Positions 17,262 to 27,201 of a DNA stretch of 64,000 bases are shown piece after piece. Origin of the DNA: Dehalococcoidia bacterium (GTDB taxonomy: Bacteria > Chloroflexota > Dehalococcoidia > Lucifugimonadales > UBA3495); contig OZ241860.1 in assembly GCA_965203195.1 (NCBI GenBank), forward strand, positions 210,774-274,773, in the 5' to 3' direction. The translations under genes were made by a program, and so were the position numbers. Positions within the stretch are counted from its first letter, which is position 1; each line of letters starts with the position of its first letter. The notes below the pieces were generated by a model that was given only the letters and a program-made list of their open reading frames with translations, made no database searches and was not told where the DNA came from.

Positions 17262-18389
17262 ATGCCCAACCGCGCCCGCCTTACCCGGACCCTGATTGAC
17301 CTGATTCGCATTGACAGCCCCACCGGAGAGGAGGACGCCGTTGACGCCCACCTTACCGCCCGCCTCTCCGCTTTGGGCGCCGCCGTGCGCCACGACGCCT
17401 ACGGCAACCTGGTGGCCACCCTGCCCGGCAGCCCCGGCAACGGCAGCGCCAGCATCAACCCGGCGGACAGCGATGATCCCGTGCTGCTGTCCGCCCATAT
17501 GGACACCGTGGAGCCGGGGCGCGGCATCAAACCCACGCTGGACGCCGACGGCGATACCTTGCGGTCGGACGGCAGCACCATCCTCGGCGGCGACTGCAAG
17601 GCCGGGTTGGCCATCGTGCTGGAGGGGCTGGAATCCGCCCTTGAGGACGGCATCCCCCGCCGTCCGGTGCAGGTGGTATTCTCCCGCGCCGAGGAAGGCG
17701 GACTGAACGGGGCGCGCAACCTGGACTTTACGCTGGTGCAGGCCCGCGCCGGCATCGTCTTTGACGGCGAGGGGCCGGTGAGCCGCATCTGCGTGGGTGC
17801 CCCGGCGCAGAATGTGGTGCAGTGCCACATCACCGGCGTAGCGGCCCACGCCGGGCTGGAACCGGAAAACGGCGTCTCCGCCCTGCTGGTGGCCGCCCAT
17901 ATCCTCACCCGCCTGCCCCTGGGGAGAATTGACGCGGAAACCACCGCCAACATCGGTGCCCTGCATGGCGGCCTGAAGCGGAACATCATCCCCGAAACGG
18001 CGTACCTGGACGGCGAACTGCGCTCGCTTCGTCAGGCCAGCCTGGACAACTACACCGCCGAGTTCCGGCGCGCCTTTGACCAGGCGGCGGCGCTGTACCC
18101 CAAAGCGCAGGTTGACCTGGACATTCGCAGCCAGTATCGCGCCTACCGGGTGCCGGACGACCACCCGGCGTTACAGGACATCGCCGGCGCGGTGGCGGCC
18201 GCCGGCCTCGCGCCCACAATGATGACTACCGGCGGCGGCTCCGACGCCAATGTGTTCTTTGAGCGCGGCATCGCCGCCCTGCCCGTCGGCATCGGGGTGC
18301 GCGACTTCCATACTACCCGAGAAACGGCCCGCATCAGCGAAGTGCTGGACGCGGCGCAGGTGTGCCGGGCTTTTATCGGCGCGCGCTGA
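17262..18389 (+). CDS. M20-family metallopeptidase (PepT/tripeptidase-like)
   Basis: 375 aa. Shows LIRIDSPTGEE, SAHMDTVEPG, and GGDCKAG...EEGGLNGA metal-ligand regions. Confidence 0.8.
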   Translation: MPNRARLTRTLIDLIRIDSPTGEEDAVDAHLTARLSALGAAVRHDAYGNLVATLPGSPGNGSASINPADSDDPVLLSAHMDTVEPGRGIKPTLDADGDTLRSDGSTILGGDCKAGLAIVLEGLESALEDGIPRRPVQVVFSRAEEGGLNGARNLDFTLVQARAGIVFDGEGPVSRICVGAPAQNVVQCHITGVAAHAGLEPENGVSALLVAAHILTRLPLGRIDAETTANIGALHGGLKRNIIPETAYLDGELRSLRQASLDNYTAEFRRAFDQAAALYPKAQVDLDIRSQYRAYRVPDDHPALQDIAGAVAAAGLAPTMMTTGGGSDANVFFERGIAALPVGIGVRDFHTTRETARISEVLDAAQVCRAFIGAR

Positions 18390-18497
18390 CCCGCGCCGCG
18401 CCCGGTGCCGGCCGGCACCGGCTGGCGTCGAAATGATGGATCCGGACCACGGCATCGGGCCGGATTGAAAGACCCTGCTTTGCGTCTGCCCTTGCGC

Positions 18498-18526
18498 TTG
18501 ACAGGTTTAACCCAGTTCGCTAGATT
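18498..18526 (+). promoter_or_regulatory. Sigma70-type promoter candidate upstream of the polyprenyl synthase / hopanoid genes
   Basis: TTGACA (18498-18503), an exactly 17-nt spacer, then TAGATT (18521-18526). Confidence 0.45.
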
Positions 18527-18712
18527 CTGCCCGCACTGGAAATGAACCCGCCCTGCGGCGCGCTAACCCGTCTTTTGTCTGTCTATTCCTAACCGCCCGG
18601 CAGGCTGTTACCAATGGGCACTGCACCAACCGCCACCGTGTCCGCCCGCCAACCCGTGGGCAATGCGGTCCAGCCGCCGGCCCATCCCCGCGCCGGGCCG
18701 GAACTGCCGGGG

Positions 18713-19741
18713 ATGTTTGACCGCTACCGGGATTATCTGGAAACCGCGCTGGCCCGCGCCGTGCCCCGCGCGGAACTGCATCCCGTCAACGCCGTGCTGC
18801 GCTACCATCTGGGCTGGTCAGACCGGGACGGCAACCCGTCGCCCACGCCGGCCTCCCAGGGCAAGGCGCTGCGGCCTACCCTCTGTATGTTCGCCTGCGA
18901 CGCCCTGGGGGGAGAACCCCGCCGCGCCGCGCCCGCCGCCGCCGCCCTGGAACTGATCCACAACTTCTCTCTGATCCACGACGACATCCAGGACGAGGGC
19001 CTGGAGCGCCGCCACCAGCCCACGGTATGGGCGCTTTGGGGAACGGCAAAGGCGTTGGCGGCCGGCAACGCCATGCAGTCGCTAGGCGACCTGGCTACGG
19101 CGCGCGGCAACCGGAGCGGCGTCCCCGGCGTCCCCGCCGCCGTTGCCGTCCAGATTGCCGGGCTGCTGACGCAAAGCTGCTTGGAGATGATTGAGGGGCA
19201 GTGCCGGGACTTGCAGTTTGAGCGCCGCGCCGTCATCGGCATTGACGAATACCTGGATATGATTGCGCTGAAAACCGGGGCGCTGATACGCAGCAGCTTG
19301 GTCATCGGGGCCACCATCGCTACCGGCGATGCCGATACCATCGCCGGCGTGGCCCGGTTCGGACGCGCCATCGGGCGGCTGTTCCAAATCCGGGACGACT
19401 ACCTGGGCATCTGGGGCGATGAGGCCATCACCGGCAAATCTACCGACAGCGACATCGTGCAGCGTAAAAAGACCTACCCTGTGGTGTACGCTTTTCAGCA
19501 ATCGGCCGGCGTCCACCAGGAGGAACTCCGGCGTCTCTACGGGCAGGAAGCTTTGGATGAAGGCGATGTGGACCGCGTCCTCAACATTCTGGACCACATC
19601 GGCGCGGCGCAGCAAACCGACGAGCTTACCGAAGCCACCGCTCGGGAAGCGCGCTCCGCCCTGGCCACGCTGGAACTGCCGCCCTGGGCCACTAAGGAAG
19701 CCCGCAGTCTGATTGACTTTATGGCGTACCGGCTGTTCTAG
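18713..19741 (+). CDS. Polyprenyl diphosphate synthase (FPP/GGPP synthase family)
   Basis: First Asp-rich motif FSLIHDDIQDE and second motif FQIRDDYLG. I prefer the start at MFDRYRDYLE (ATG 18713) over the track start at 18614, but this is uncertain. Confidence 0.85.
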   Translation: MFDRYRDYLETALARAVPRAELHPVNAVLRYHLGWSDRDGNPSPTPASQGKALRPTLCMFACDALGGEPRRAAPAAAALELIHNFSLIHDDIQDEGLERRHQPTVWALWGTAKALAAGNAMQSLGDLATARGNRSGVPGVPAAVAVQIAGLLTQSCLEMIEGQCRDLQFERRAVIGIDEYLDMIALKTGALIRSSLVIGATIATGDADTIAGVARFGRAIGRLFQIRDDYLGIWGDEAITGKSTDSDIVQRKKTYPVVYAFQQSAGVHQEELRRLYGQEALDEGDVDRVLNILDHIGAAQQTDELTEATAREARSALATLELPPWATKEARSLIDFMAYRLF

Positions 19742-19862
19742 CCGGCGCCGGCAGCCATCCCGTGGCCGGCGCAATGCTTCACTCTGCCCCTGCCCTTGCC
19801 TCTGCCGCCCCTGTTGAATAACCTCCAACTGCCCCGCCTGGCGCTACCCGGGAGACGCAACG

Positions 19863-20675
19863 ATGACTACCAACGCCAATGCCGCCACCATAACCACCAC
19901 CCGGTCGGGCCGGCCATTGCCCAAAGACGCCCCCGCGCCCGCCCCGGCCCCGGCCGCATTCCCCGACTTCCCGCCCCGCAACGATCTGATGAACTCCGAA
20001 AATCTCCACGACTACGGCAACCAGCCCGCCCTGCGCCTCCACCTGGGCAACCCGGACACTACCGTAGTACTCGGCGAAACGCCCATCTACTGGCGCATCC
20101 CCACCGGACGGGCCGGCGTGCGCGTGCCGGACCTGCTCATCGCCTTCAACATCCGCCGCGCCCTCATCAGCGCCCAGAAGGGATTTTCCATCGCCGACCA
20201 GGGCAAGCCCCCCGATTTTGTGCTGGAAGTGGCCTCGGACTCCACCGCCCGCAACGATGAAACCGCCAAAAGGCGCGACTACGCCGCTTTTGGCGTAACG
20301 GAATACTGGCTCTTTGACCCCGACTGGGGGCAGCGTTACGAGCGGGGGCTGATAGGCTGGACGCTGGTGCAGGGCAGCTACGAACCCATTGCCATTCACC
20401 AGTACGGGCCGGAGCTGCACTACGGGTGGAGCGATGTTTTGGGGCTGTATGTCTGCTGGGAATATGGCCGGCTGCGCTGGTACGACCCGGCCGTGGGGTA
20501 TCTGCGGACACACGATGAGGAACGCAGCGGACGCATCGCCGCGGAGGATCGGCTGGAGGCAGCCGAAGCGCAGCGGGCCGAGGAGCGTAGCGGACGCATC
20601 GCCGCCGAAGCGGAAGCGCAGTACTTGCGGGAGGAAGTCACCCGCCTGCGCGCCACAAATGAGGACGAAACATAA
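19863..20675 (+). CDS. Uma2-family (DUF820) PD-(D/E)xK endonuclease, copy 1
   Basis: 270 aa. PDLLIAFNI...PDFVLEVASDST...D...KRRDYAAFGVTEYWLFDP is the Uma2 pattern. The C-terminal coiled-coil tail has one full 21-aa repeat. Confidence 0.8.
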   Translation: MTTNANAATITTTRSGRPLPKDAPAPAPAPAAFPDFPPRNDLMNSENLHDYGNQPALRLHLGNPDTTVVLGETPIYWRIPTGRAGVRVPDLLIAFNIRRALISAQKGFSIADQGKPPDFVLEVASDSTARNDETAKRRDYAAFGVTEYWLFDPDWGQRYERGLIGWTLVQGSYEPIAIHQYGPELHYGWSDVLGLYVCWEYGRLRWYDPAVGYLRTHDEERSGRIAAEDRLEAAEAQRAEERSGRIAAEAEAQYLREEVTRLRATNEDET

Positions 20676-20920
20676 GCCGCGGCGGCGTACTGTCGCCACG
20701 CCGCCGCCCGGACGCTATCATCCCGAAGGATCGGGAACGACCGGAAAAGGAAGCCCGCAGTCTGATTGACTTTATGGCGTACCGGCTGTTCTAGCCGGCG
20801 CCGGCGCCATCCCGTGGCCGGCGCAATGCTTTGCTCTGCCCCTGACCTTGCTCTTGCCCATGACGCCCCTGTTGAATACCCTCCAACTGCCCCGCCGGGC
20901 GCTACCCGGGAGACGCAACG

Positions 20921-21856
20921 ATGACTACCAACGCCAATGCCGCCGCCACAACCACTACCCGGCCGGGCCGGCCATTGCCCAAAGACGCCCCCACGCCCGC
21001 CCCGGCCCCGGCCGCATTCCCCGACTTCCCGCCCCGCAACGATCTGATGAACTCCGAAAATCTCCACGACTACGGCAACCAGCCCGCCCTGCGCCTCCAC
21101 TTGGGCAACCCGGACACTACCGCAGTACTCGGCGAAACGCCTATCTACTGGCGCGTCCCCACCGGACGGGCTGGCGTGCGCGTGCCGGACCTGCTCATCG
21201 CCTTCAACATCCGCCGCGCCCTCATCAGCGCCCAGAAGGGATTTTCCATCGCCGACCAGGGCAAACCTCCCGATTTTGTGTTGGAAGTGGCCTCGGACTC
21301 CACCGCCCGCAACGATGAAACCGCCAAAAGGCGCGACTACGCCGCTTTTGGCGTAACGGAATACTGGCTCTTTGACCCCGACTGGGGGCAGCGCTACGAG
21401 CGGGGGCTGATAGGCTGGACGCTGGTGCAGGGCAGCTACGAACCCATTGCCATTCACCAGTACGGGCCGGAGCTGCACTACGGGTGGAGTGATGTTTTGG
21501 GGTTGTATATCTGCTGGGAATATGGCCGGCTGCGCTGGTACGACCCGGCCGTGGGGTATCTGCGGACACACGATGAGGAACGCAGCGGACGCATCGCCGC
21601 CGAGGATCGGCTGGAAGCAGCCGAAACGCATCAGGCTGAGGAGCGCAGCGGGCGCATCGCCGCGGAGGATCGGCTGGAGGCAGCCGAAACGCAGCGGGAC
21701 GAGGAACGCAGCGGGCGCATCGCCGCCGAGGATCGCTTGGAAGCAACCGAAACACAACGGGCCGAGGAGCGCCGCGGGCGCATCGCCGCCGAAGCGAAAG
21801 CGCAGCGCCTGCTGGAGGAACTCGCCCGCCTGCGCGCCGCCGAGGACGAGGCATAA
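20921..21856 (+). CDS. Uma2-family (DUF820) PD-(D/E)xK endonuclease, copy 2 (expanded C-terminal repeats)
   Basis: 311 aa and near-identical to copy 1 over the nuclease core. It has three full 63-nt (21-aa) EERSGRIAAEDRLEAAETxxx repeats starting at 21575, 21638 and 21701, plus a partial one. Confidence 0.8.
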   Translation: MTTNANAAATTTTRPGRPLPKDAPTPAPAPAAFPDFPPRNDLMNSENLHDYGNQPALRLHLGNPDTTAVLGETPIYWRVPTGRAGVRVPDLLIAFNIRRALISAQKGFSIADQGKPPDFVLEVASDSTARNDETAKRRDYAAFGVTEYWLFDPDWGQRYERGLIGWTLVQGSYEPIAIHQYGPELHYGWSDVLGLYICWEYGRLRWYDPAVGYLRTHDEERSGRIAAEDRLEAAETHQAEERSGRIAAEDRLEAAETQRDEERSGRIAAEDRLEATETQRAEERRGRIAAEAKAQRLLEELARLRAAEDEA

Positions 21857-21972
21857 GTCGCGGCAGCACCTTGTTGTCACGCCGCCGCCTGCTCGCTATC
21901 ATTCCCGAATCCTTCGGCGACAACCGACCGGAAAACGCCAGAAAAAAACGGAACCACCGGAGACCGTCAATT

Positions 21973-23049
21973 ATGGCCCAAACTCACCAAGACCCGCCCG
22001 TTGCCGTCAAGCCGGCCAAGCGGCCGATGGAGCTGGGCGTCCGCATGGGTTGGTACATCCTCAAGAACCGGCTGCGGGGGCGCAAGCGTTTCCCCCTGGT
22101 GACGATGCTGGAGCCGTTGGAAATGTGCAACCTGGCCTGCATCGGCTGCGGGCGCATCCGCGAGTATCGCGGCGTGCTGGACCAGATGATGCCCGTTGGC
22201 CAGGCCCTGGCGGCAGTGCGGGACGCCGGCGCGCCCATCGTTTCCATCGCCGGCGGCGAACCCACGATCCACCCGCAGATTGACGAAATCATCAACACGC
22301 TGGTGTCCGAAAAATATTTCGTCTATTGCTGCACCAACGCCCTGCTGCTGCCCCGGATGCTGGACAAAATCCCCCCGTCCAAGTATTTCTGCTGGGTGGT
22401 GCATATTGACGGGATGGAGGAAAAGCACGACGAATCCGTAGCCCGCCCCGGCGTGTTCCGGCGGGCGGTGGACGGCATCACAATGGCGGTGGCGCGCGGC
22501 TACCGCGTATGCACCAACACCACCGTGTTCCGCAACAGCGATGTTGAGGATCTGCGGGCCATGTTCCGCTATGTCAGCAGCTTGGGGGTTGAGGGTTCAA
22601 TGCTCTCCCCCGGCTACGACTTTGAGGACGCGCCCGACCAGGATCTGTTCCTGACCCGGCAGGAATCGCGGCGCGTGTTCCGCAGCCTGCTCGACCCGGC
22701 CCGAATGGACGGGATGCGTTTCTACAACAACCCCCTTTACCTGAACTTTCTGCGCGGGGAACGGGAATACCAGTGCACGGCGTGGTCCAACCCCACCTAC
22801 ACGGTGTTGGGCTGGCGCCAGCCCTGCTACCCGCTGGCCGACGAGCATACCCATGATGTGGCCGACCTGTACGAACCCCGCTTGTGGGAGGAACAGTACG
22901 GCGTGGGCCGCGACCCGCGCTGTAGCAACTGCATGATGCACTGCGGGTTCGAGTCGGCCACGATTTTCAACGCCATCGGCAAGCCCCGGGAGTGGGTAAC
23001 TTTCATCAAGTCCGGCGCGGCCCACAAAGGCGGCATCAGCGTCGGCTGA
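21973..23049 (+). CDS. hpnH: Adenosyl-hopene transferase HpnH (radical SAM)
   Basis: LVTMLEPLEMCNLACIGCGRIREY is the CxxxCxxC motif in the HpnH context, with conserved C-terminal Cys residues. Start taken at ATG 21973 (MAQTHQD). Confidence 0.88.
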   Translation: MAQTHQDPPVAVKPAKRPMELGVRMGWYILKNRLRGRKRFPLVTMLEPLEMCNLACIGCGRIREYRGVLDQMMPVGQALAAVRDAGAPIVSIAGGEPTIHPQIDEIINTLVSEKYFVYCCTNALLLPRMLDKIPPSKYFCWVVHIDGMEEKHDESVARPGVFRRAVDGITMAVARGYRVCTNTTVFRNSDVEDLRAMFRYVSSLGVEGSMLSPGYDFEDAPDQDLFLTRQESRRVFRSLLDPARMDGMRFYNNPLYLNFLRGEREYQCTAWSNPTYTVLGWRQPCYPLADEHTHDVADLYEPRLWEEQYGVGRDPRCSNCMMHCGFESATIFNAIGKPREWVTFIKSGAAHKGGISVG

Positions 23050-23087
23050 CCAGGCAACGGCGCCCTTGATTCGAGGCGTGGCTGCAT

Positions 23088-23771
23088 ATGCTATTCATAC
23101 TGGCGCCAATGGCCGTTGAAGCGGCCGGCATCCAGCGGGCCCTGCGCCGGCTCCCCGATACCCGCGCCGGCGTGCGCGTTACCGGCATCGGACGGGAACG
23201 GGTGGCGGCCGGCGTGGCGCAGGCGGCGGCCGAGGGGGCCACGGCCATCCTTGCCGTCGGATTCTGCGGCGCGCTGGACCCGGCGCTGCGCGCCGGAGAT
23301 CTGCACATTGCCGGCGAATTCCACGCCAACGGCCATAGCGGAGACTATGGCGGCGTTCCTGAGTATGCCATCCCGGCGGATGCGCGGCTGACGGCGCGGC
23401 TCCGCGCGGCCGCCCCGGACGCCGCCGCCGGCCCGTCGGTCACAGTGGCCGGCATCGCCCAGCCGGACGCCAAAGCGACGCTGTGGCAAACCGGCGCCGG
23501 CCGCACTGTCAATATGGAGGATTACTGGGCGGCGCAGGCGGCGGCCGGCACTGGCCTTCCCTTTGCCTCCGTCCGGACGGTGCTGGATACCGCCGGCCAG
23601 TCGCTGCCGGATTGTTTGACGGCGGACGGCATAACGGGCGGCGCGGGTACGCTGCGCCTTGCGCTGGGCGTAGCCGGCCATCCCGGCCGTGCGCCCGCGC
23701 TGGTCCGGCTGGCGCGACAGTCCCGGCAGGCGCAGCAGCGCTTGACCCGCTGCGTAATGGAGGCGCTATGA
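23088..23771 (+). CDS. hpnG: Hopanoid-associated phosphorylase/nucleosidase HpnG-like (PNP/UDP family)
   Basis: 227 aa. Begins MLFILAPMAVEAAG and contains ILAVGFCGALDP...GDL. It lies between hpnH and hpnA. The assignment is partly by context. Confidence 0.7.
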   Translation: MLFILAPMAVEAAGIQRALRRLPDTRAGVRVTGIGRERVAAGVAQAAAEGATAILAVGFCGALDPALRAGDLHIAGEFHANGHSGDYGGVPEYAIPADARLTARLRAAAPDAAAGPSVTVAGIAQPDAKATLWQTGAGRTVNMEDYWAAQAAAGTGLPFASVRTVLDTAGQSLPDCLTADGITGGAGTLRLALGVAGHPGRAPALVRLARQSRQAQQRLTRCVMEAL

Positions 23772-24784
23772 CGGCTACCCTGGTGACCGGCGCCACCGGC
23801 TTTATCGGCGGCAACCTGGCCCGCGCCCTGGCCCGGCGCGGCGATGGCGCAGTGCGCGCCCTGGTGCGTCCGGGGGCCAATGACCTGGCCATCCGCGATT
23901 GCGCCGTGACGCAGCTGCCCGGTGATTTGCTGGACAGCGCATCGCTGCGGCGGGCGATGGCCGGCTGCGATACCGTCTATCACTGCGCCGCCACTTACGC
24001 CTTCTGGGCGCGCCGGCCGGCGGCCATCTACGCGGCGAATGTGACCGGAACGGAGAACGTGCTGGCGGCGGCGCGCTCCGCCGGCGTGCGCCGGGTTGTG
24101 TTCACCAGCTCGGTGGCTACCATTGGCCTGCCCCCCGGCGGAGCGTCAGACCAGTGGCCGGGTGACGAAACTATGCCGCCGGACGCCTCTCATCTCATCG
24201 GCCATTACAAGCAGTCCAAATACCGGGCGGAGCGGATTGCCCTGGCCGCCAACGGCGACGGCCTGGAAGTGGTGGTGGTCAACCCCTGCGCCCCGGTAGG
24301 CAAGTGGGATGTCAAGCCAACGCCGACGGGCCGCATCCCGCTGGACTTTGCGCGGGGGCGCATCCCCGGCTATCTGAACACGGGTCTGAACCTGGTGGAT
24401 GTGGGCGATGTGGCCCAGGGGCATATTCTGGCGATGGAACGGGGCCGTCCGGGGGAACGCTATATTCTGGGGCATCGCAACCTGACGCTGCGCGAGGTGT
24501 TCGGGATGCTGGCGGAGATTACCGGCCGGCGCGCCCCCCGTCTGCGTTTTCCCTACTGGCTGATTCTGGGCGCCGCCCGCTGCGACCAGTGGCTGGAAAG
24601 CGGCTTGCTGCGCCGCCCGCCGGCCATCCCCCTGGAGGGCATAAAAATCGCCCGCCATCCGATGTATGTCAGCCCGCAAAAGGCGGTGTCCGAACTGGGC
24701 CTGCCCCAAAGCCCGGTGGAAGCGGCTCTGGAAAAAGCCGTCCGCTGGTTTGCGGATTACGGGTATTTACGGCGGCATTGCTGA
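23768..24784 (+). CDS. hpnA: Hopanoid-associated NAD-dependent sugar epimerase/dehydratase HpnA-like
   Basis: MTATLVTGATGFIGGNLARAL is a Rossmann GxxGxxG motif, and YKQSK is the catalytic YxxxK. ATGA overlap with the hpnG stop. Confidence 0.8.
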   Translation: MTATLVTGATGFIGGNLARALARRGDGAVRALVRPGANDLAIRDCAVTQLPGDLLDSASLRRAMAGCDTVYHCAATYAFWARRPAAIYAANVTGTENVLAAARSAGVRRVVFTSSVATIGLPPGGASDQWPGDETMPPDASHLIGHYKQSKYRAERIALAANGDGLEVVVVNPCAPVGKWDVKPTPTGRIPLDFARGRIPGYLNTGLNLVDVGDVAQGHILAMERGRPGERYILGHRNLTLREVFGMLAEITGRRAPRLRFPYWLILGAARCDQWLESGLLRRPPAIPLEGIKIARHPMYVSPQKAVSELGLPQSPVEAALEKAVRWFADYGYLRRHC

Positions 24785-24818
24785 ATAATTAGGGCGTCAA
24801 TTCCGCCTTGCGTTACTG

Positions 24819-26921
24819 GTGATTATGGTACAGCAAACATCATCGGCAACCCGCGCCATCCACAGCCCCGCCTCGCCCGGCGCCGCCACGCCGGCGCCGG
24901 CGGCGCTGGACGACGCCATCGGCCGGTTGCAGGATCACTTCCGCAGCATCCAGAACGTCCTCGGCTACTGGTGGGGCGAGCTGGAATCCAACAATACGAT
25001 GGAAGCGGAGTACGTTATGTTATCCCGCTTCCTGGGGCGGCGCAACCCGGAACGGGAACGGCATATCGTCAACTACCTGTTGCACAAGCAGCGGGACGAC
25101 GGCTCCTGGCCGATTTACTACGGCGCGCCCGGCGACCTGTCCACTTCGGTAGAGTGCTACTTCGCCCTGAAGTTGTGCGGCCAGTCTCCCGATGCGGAGC
25201 CGATGCGCCGGGCTCGCCGGTTCATCCTGGAACGGGGCGGCATTCCCAAAACGCGGATGTTCACCCGCATCTGGCTGGCGCTGTTCGGCCAGTGGGAATG
25301 GGACGGCACGCCGCGTCTGCCCACCGAAATGATCCTGCTGCCCCCCTGGGCGCCGTTCAGCATCTACCGCTTCGCCAGCTGGGCCCGGGGCTGCATCGTG
25401 CCCCTGTCCATCGTGCTGTCCCGCCGCCCGGTGCGTACCATACCGCCGGAATGCGCCATTGACGAACTGTTCCCCAACGGGCGCTCCGCCGCCGACTATT
25501 CGCTGCCGGCGCCGCCGGGATTCAACCTGCCCCGCCTGGTGCATCTGGCGGAGCGCACCGTAGGCACGATTTACAACCGCCTGCGCTTCAACCCCTTCCG
25601 CAAGCTGGCCGAAAAGAAGGCCATCCGCTGGATACTGGAGCGGCAGGAGGACGACGGCAGCTGGGCCGGCATTCAGCCCCCTTGGGTGTACAGCCTGATT
25701 GCCTTGAGCGTGTGCGGGTTTGACAACGACCACCCGGCCATGGCGAAAGGGTTCAGCGGGCTGGACGGCTTCGGCATCCAGAAGGGCGATATGTGGACGA
25801 TACAGGGCTGCATTTCGCCGGTATGGGATACCTGCCTGGTGGTGCAGGCGCTGGCGGAAAGCGGCGTGGCGCCCGACGACCCGATGCTGGAAGCGGCCAC
25901 GCGCTGGCTGGTGGACAAGCAGATCCTGGTGGGCGGCGACTGGCAGGTGCAAGCCCGGCAGGTGCAGCCCGGCGGCTGGGCCTTTGAGTTTTACAACGAC
26001 TATTACCCCGACATTGACGATACCGCCGAGGTGGTTCTGGCCTTGCGTCTGGGTCGGCTGCCCGGCGCCGAGGACGGACGCCGCCGCCAGGCCATCTCCA
26101 GGGCCTTGCAGTGGGTTGCCGGGATGCAGAACAAGGACGGCGGCTGGGCGTCTTTTGACAAGAACAACAATCACGGCTACCTGACGGCCCTTACTTTCAG
26201 CGATTTCGGCGAGGTGCTGGACCCGTCCAGCGCCGATGTCACCGCCCATGTGCTGGAAATGTACGGCCGGCTGGGCTACAAGACCGATGACCGCACCCTA
26301 CAGGCCGCCTATCGTTACCTGCGCGCCGAACAGGAAGCGGACGGCAGCTGGTTCGGGCGGTGGGGCGTCAACTACATCTACGGCCTGGGGGCGGCGCTGC
26401 CGGCGCTGGAAGCGGCGGGCGAAAATATGCGCCAGCCCTACATCCGGCGCGCGGTGGAATGGCTGGCGTCCCGCCAGAACGATGACGGCGGCTGGGGCGA
26501 GTCCTGCGCCTCTTATATTGACCCGGCGCAGCGCGGCGCGGGGCCAAGCACGGCCTCGCAGACGGGGTGGGCCATCATCGCCATGATTGCGGCGGGCGAG
26601 GCCGGCCATCCCGCCACGCAGCGGGGCGTCCGCTACCTGCTGGACACGCAGCGGCCGGGCGGCGACTGGGATGAACCGCACTTCACCGGCACGGGGTTTC
26701 CCGGCTACCTGAAGGGAGAACGGGTCGCGAAGATCCCGCAGCCGGGGGAACGGGGCTTTCAGGGCGCTGAGCTGTCGGCCGGGTTTATGATCAACTATCA
26801 CCTGTACCGGAACACCTGGCCGCTGCTGGCGCTGGCGCGCTACCGCAAGGCGCTGGGGCTGGCGGCGCCCGGCATAGTTGCGCCGCCACCACCACATCGC
26901 AACGGCACCTATGCCCCGTAA
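24819..26921 (+). CDS. shc: Squalene-hopene cyclase
   Basis: 700 aa with multiple QW motifs (QRDDGSW, QEDDGSWAG, QNKDGGW, QEADGSW, QNDDGGWGE) and the catalytic DIDDTAEV (DxDD) motif. Confidence 0.93.
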   Translation: MIMVQQTSSATRAIHSPASPGAATPAPAALDDAIGRLQDHFRSIQNVLGYWWGELESNNTMEAEYVMLSRFLGRRNPERERHIVNYLLHKQRDDGSWPIYYGAPGDLSTSVECYFALKLCGQSPDAEPMRRARRFILERGGIPKTRMFTRIWLALFGQWEWDGTPRLPTEMILLPPWAPFSIYRFASWARGCIVPLSIVLSRRPVRTIPPECAIDELFPNGRSAADYSLPAPPGFNLPRLVHLAERTVGTIYNRLRFNPFRKLAEKKAIRWILERQEDDGSWAGIQPPWVYSLIALSVCGFDNDHPAMAKGFSGLDGFGIQKGDMWTIQGCISPVWDTCLVVQALAESGVAPDDPMLEAATRWLVDKQILVGGDWQVQARQVQPGGWAFEFYNDYYPDIDDTAEVVLALRLGRLPGAEDGRRRQAISRALQWVAGMQNKDGGWASFDKNNNHGYLTALTFSDFGEVLDPSSADVTAHVLEMYGRLGYKTDDRTLQAAYRYLRAEQEADGSWFGRWGVNYIYGLGAALPALEAAGENMRQPYIRRAVEWLASRQNDDGGWGESCASYIDPAQRGAGPSTASQTGWAIIAMIAAGEAGHPATQRGVRYLLDTQRPGGDWDEPHFTGTGFPGYLKGERVAKIPQPGERGFQGAELSAGFMINYHLYRNTWPLLALARYRKALGLAAPGIVAPPPPHRNGTYAP

Positions 26922-27201
26922 CCCGCGCCGGCGACTGCCGTAACGATTGGCGGGGGCGTGGCCGGCCGCCCGTCCCGGCGCTGGTTGCTGACCGGCCATC
27001 TCCGCAACCGGCATTGCCGGGCTCAAGGCGCCGGCGCGGGTGGCTCACAGGGCAGGGGCAGCGCGCGCGTGGTCGGGTACGGGCCACGGGCGTCCAGTCA
27101 AGGAACGGGCCGGCGGCGTTGCCCGCGCCCGCGCCGGCGGGTACACTGGCGGGTGTCGCAATCACGGACGCCGGGCGCGGAGCGCCGGGAGGAACCGGAC
27201 T

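Larger units (their letters stand above)
19694..21938. repeat. Tandem segmental duplication (two units of about 1.05 and 1.19 kb), each carrying an Uma2 gene
   Basis: The unit beginning AAGGAAGCCCGCAGTCTGATTGACTTTATGGCGTACCGGCTGTTCTAGCCGGCGCCGGC at 19694 recurs at 20747. Both units end ...GACCGGAAAA. The second unit therefore carries a copy of the last ~48 nt of the polyprenyl synthase gene. Confidence 0.85.

Noticed and set aside
18614-18712. N-terminal extensions given by the ORF track for several genes: 18614 for the polyprenyl synthase, 21871 for hpnH, 23483 for hpnA, 27040 for MNT, 32776 for dtd, 39403 for the thiolase, 45393 for sucC, 53176 for VOC, 54083 for ABC, and 62359..63960 for the P450.
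   Set aside because: The extensions are Arg/Pro/Ala-rich and lack homology-like pattern. Internal starts coincide with canonical family N-termini and, usually, with an SD-like sequence or a stop-start overlap with the upstream gene.
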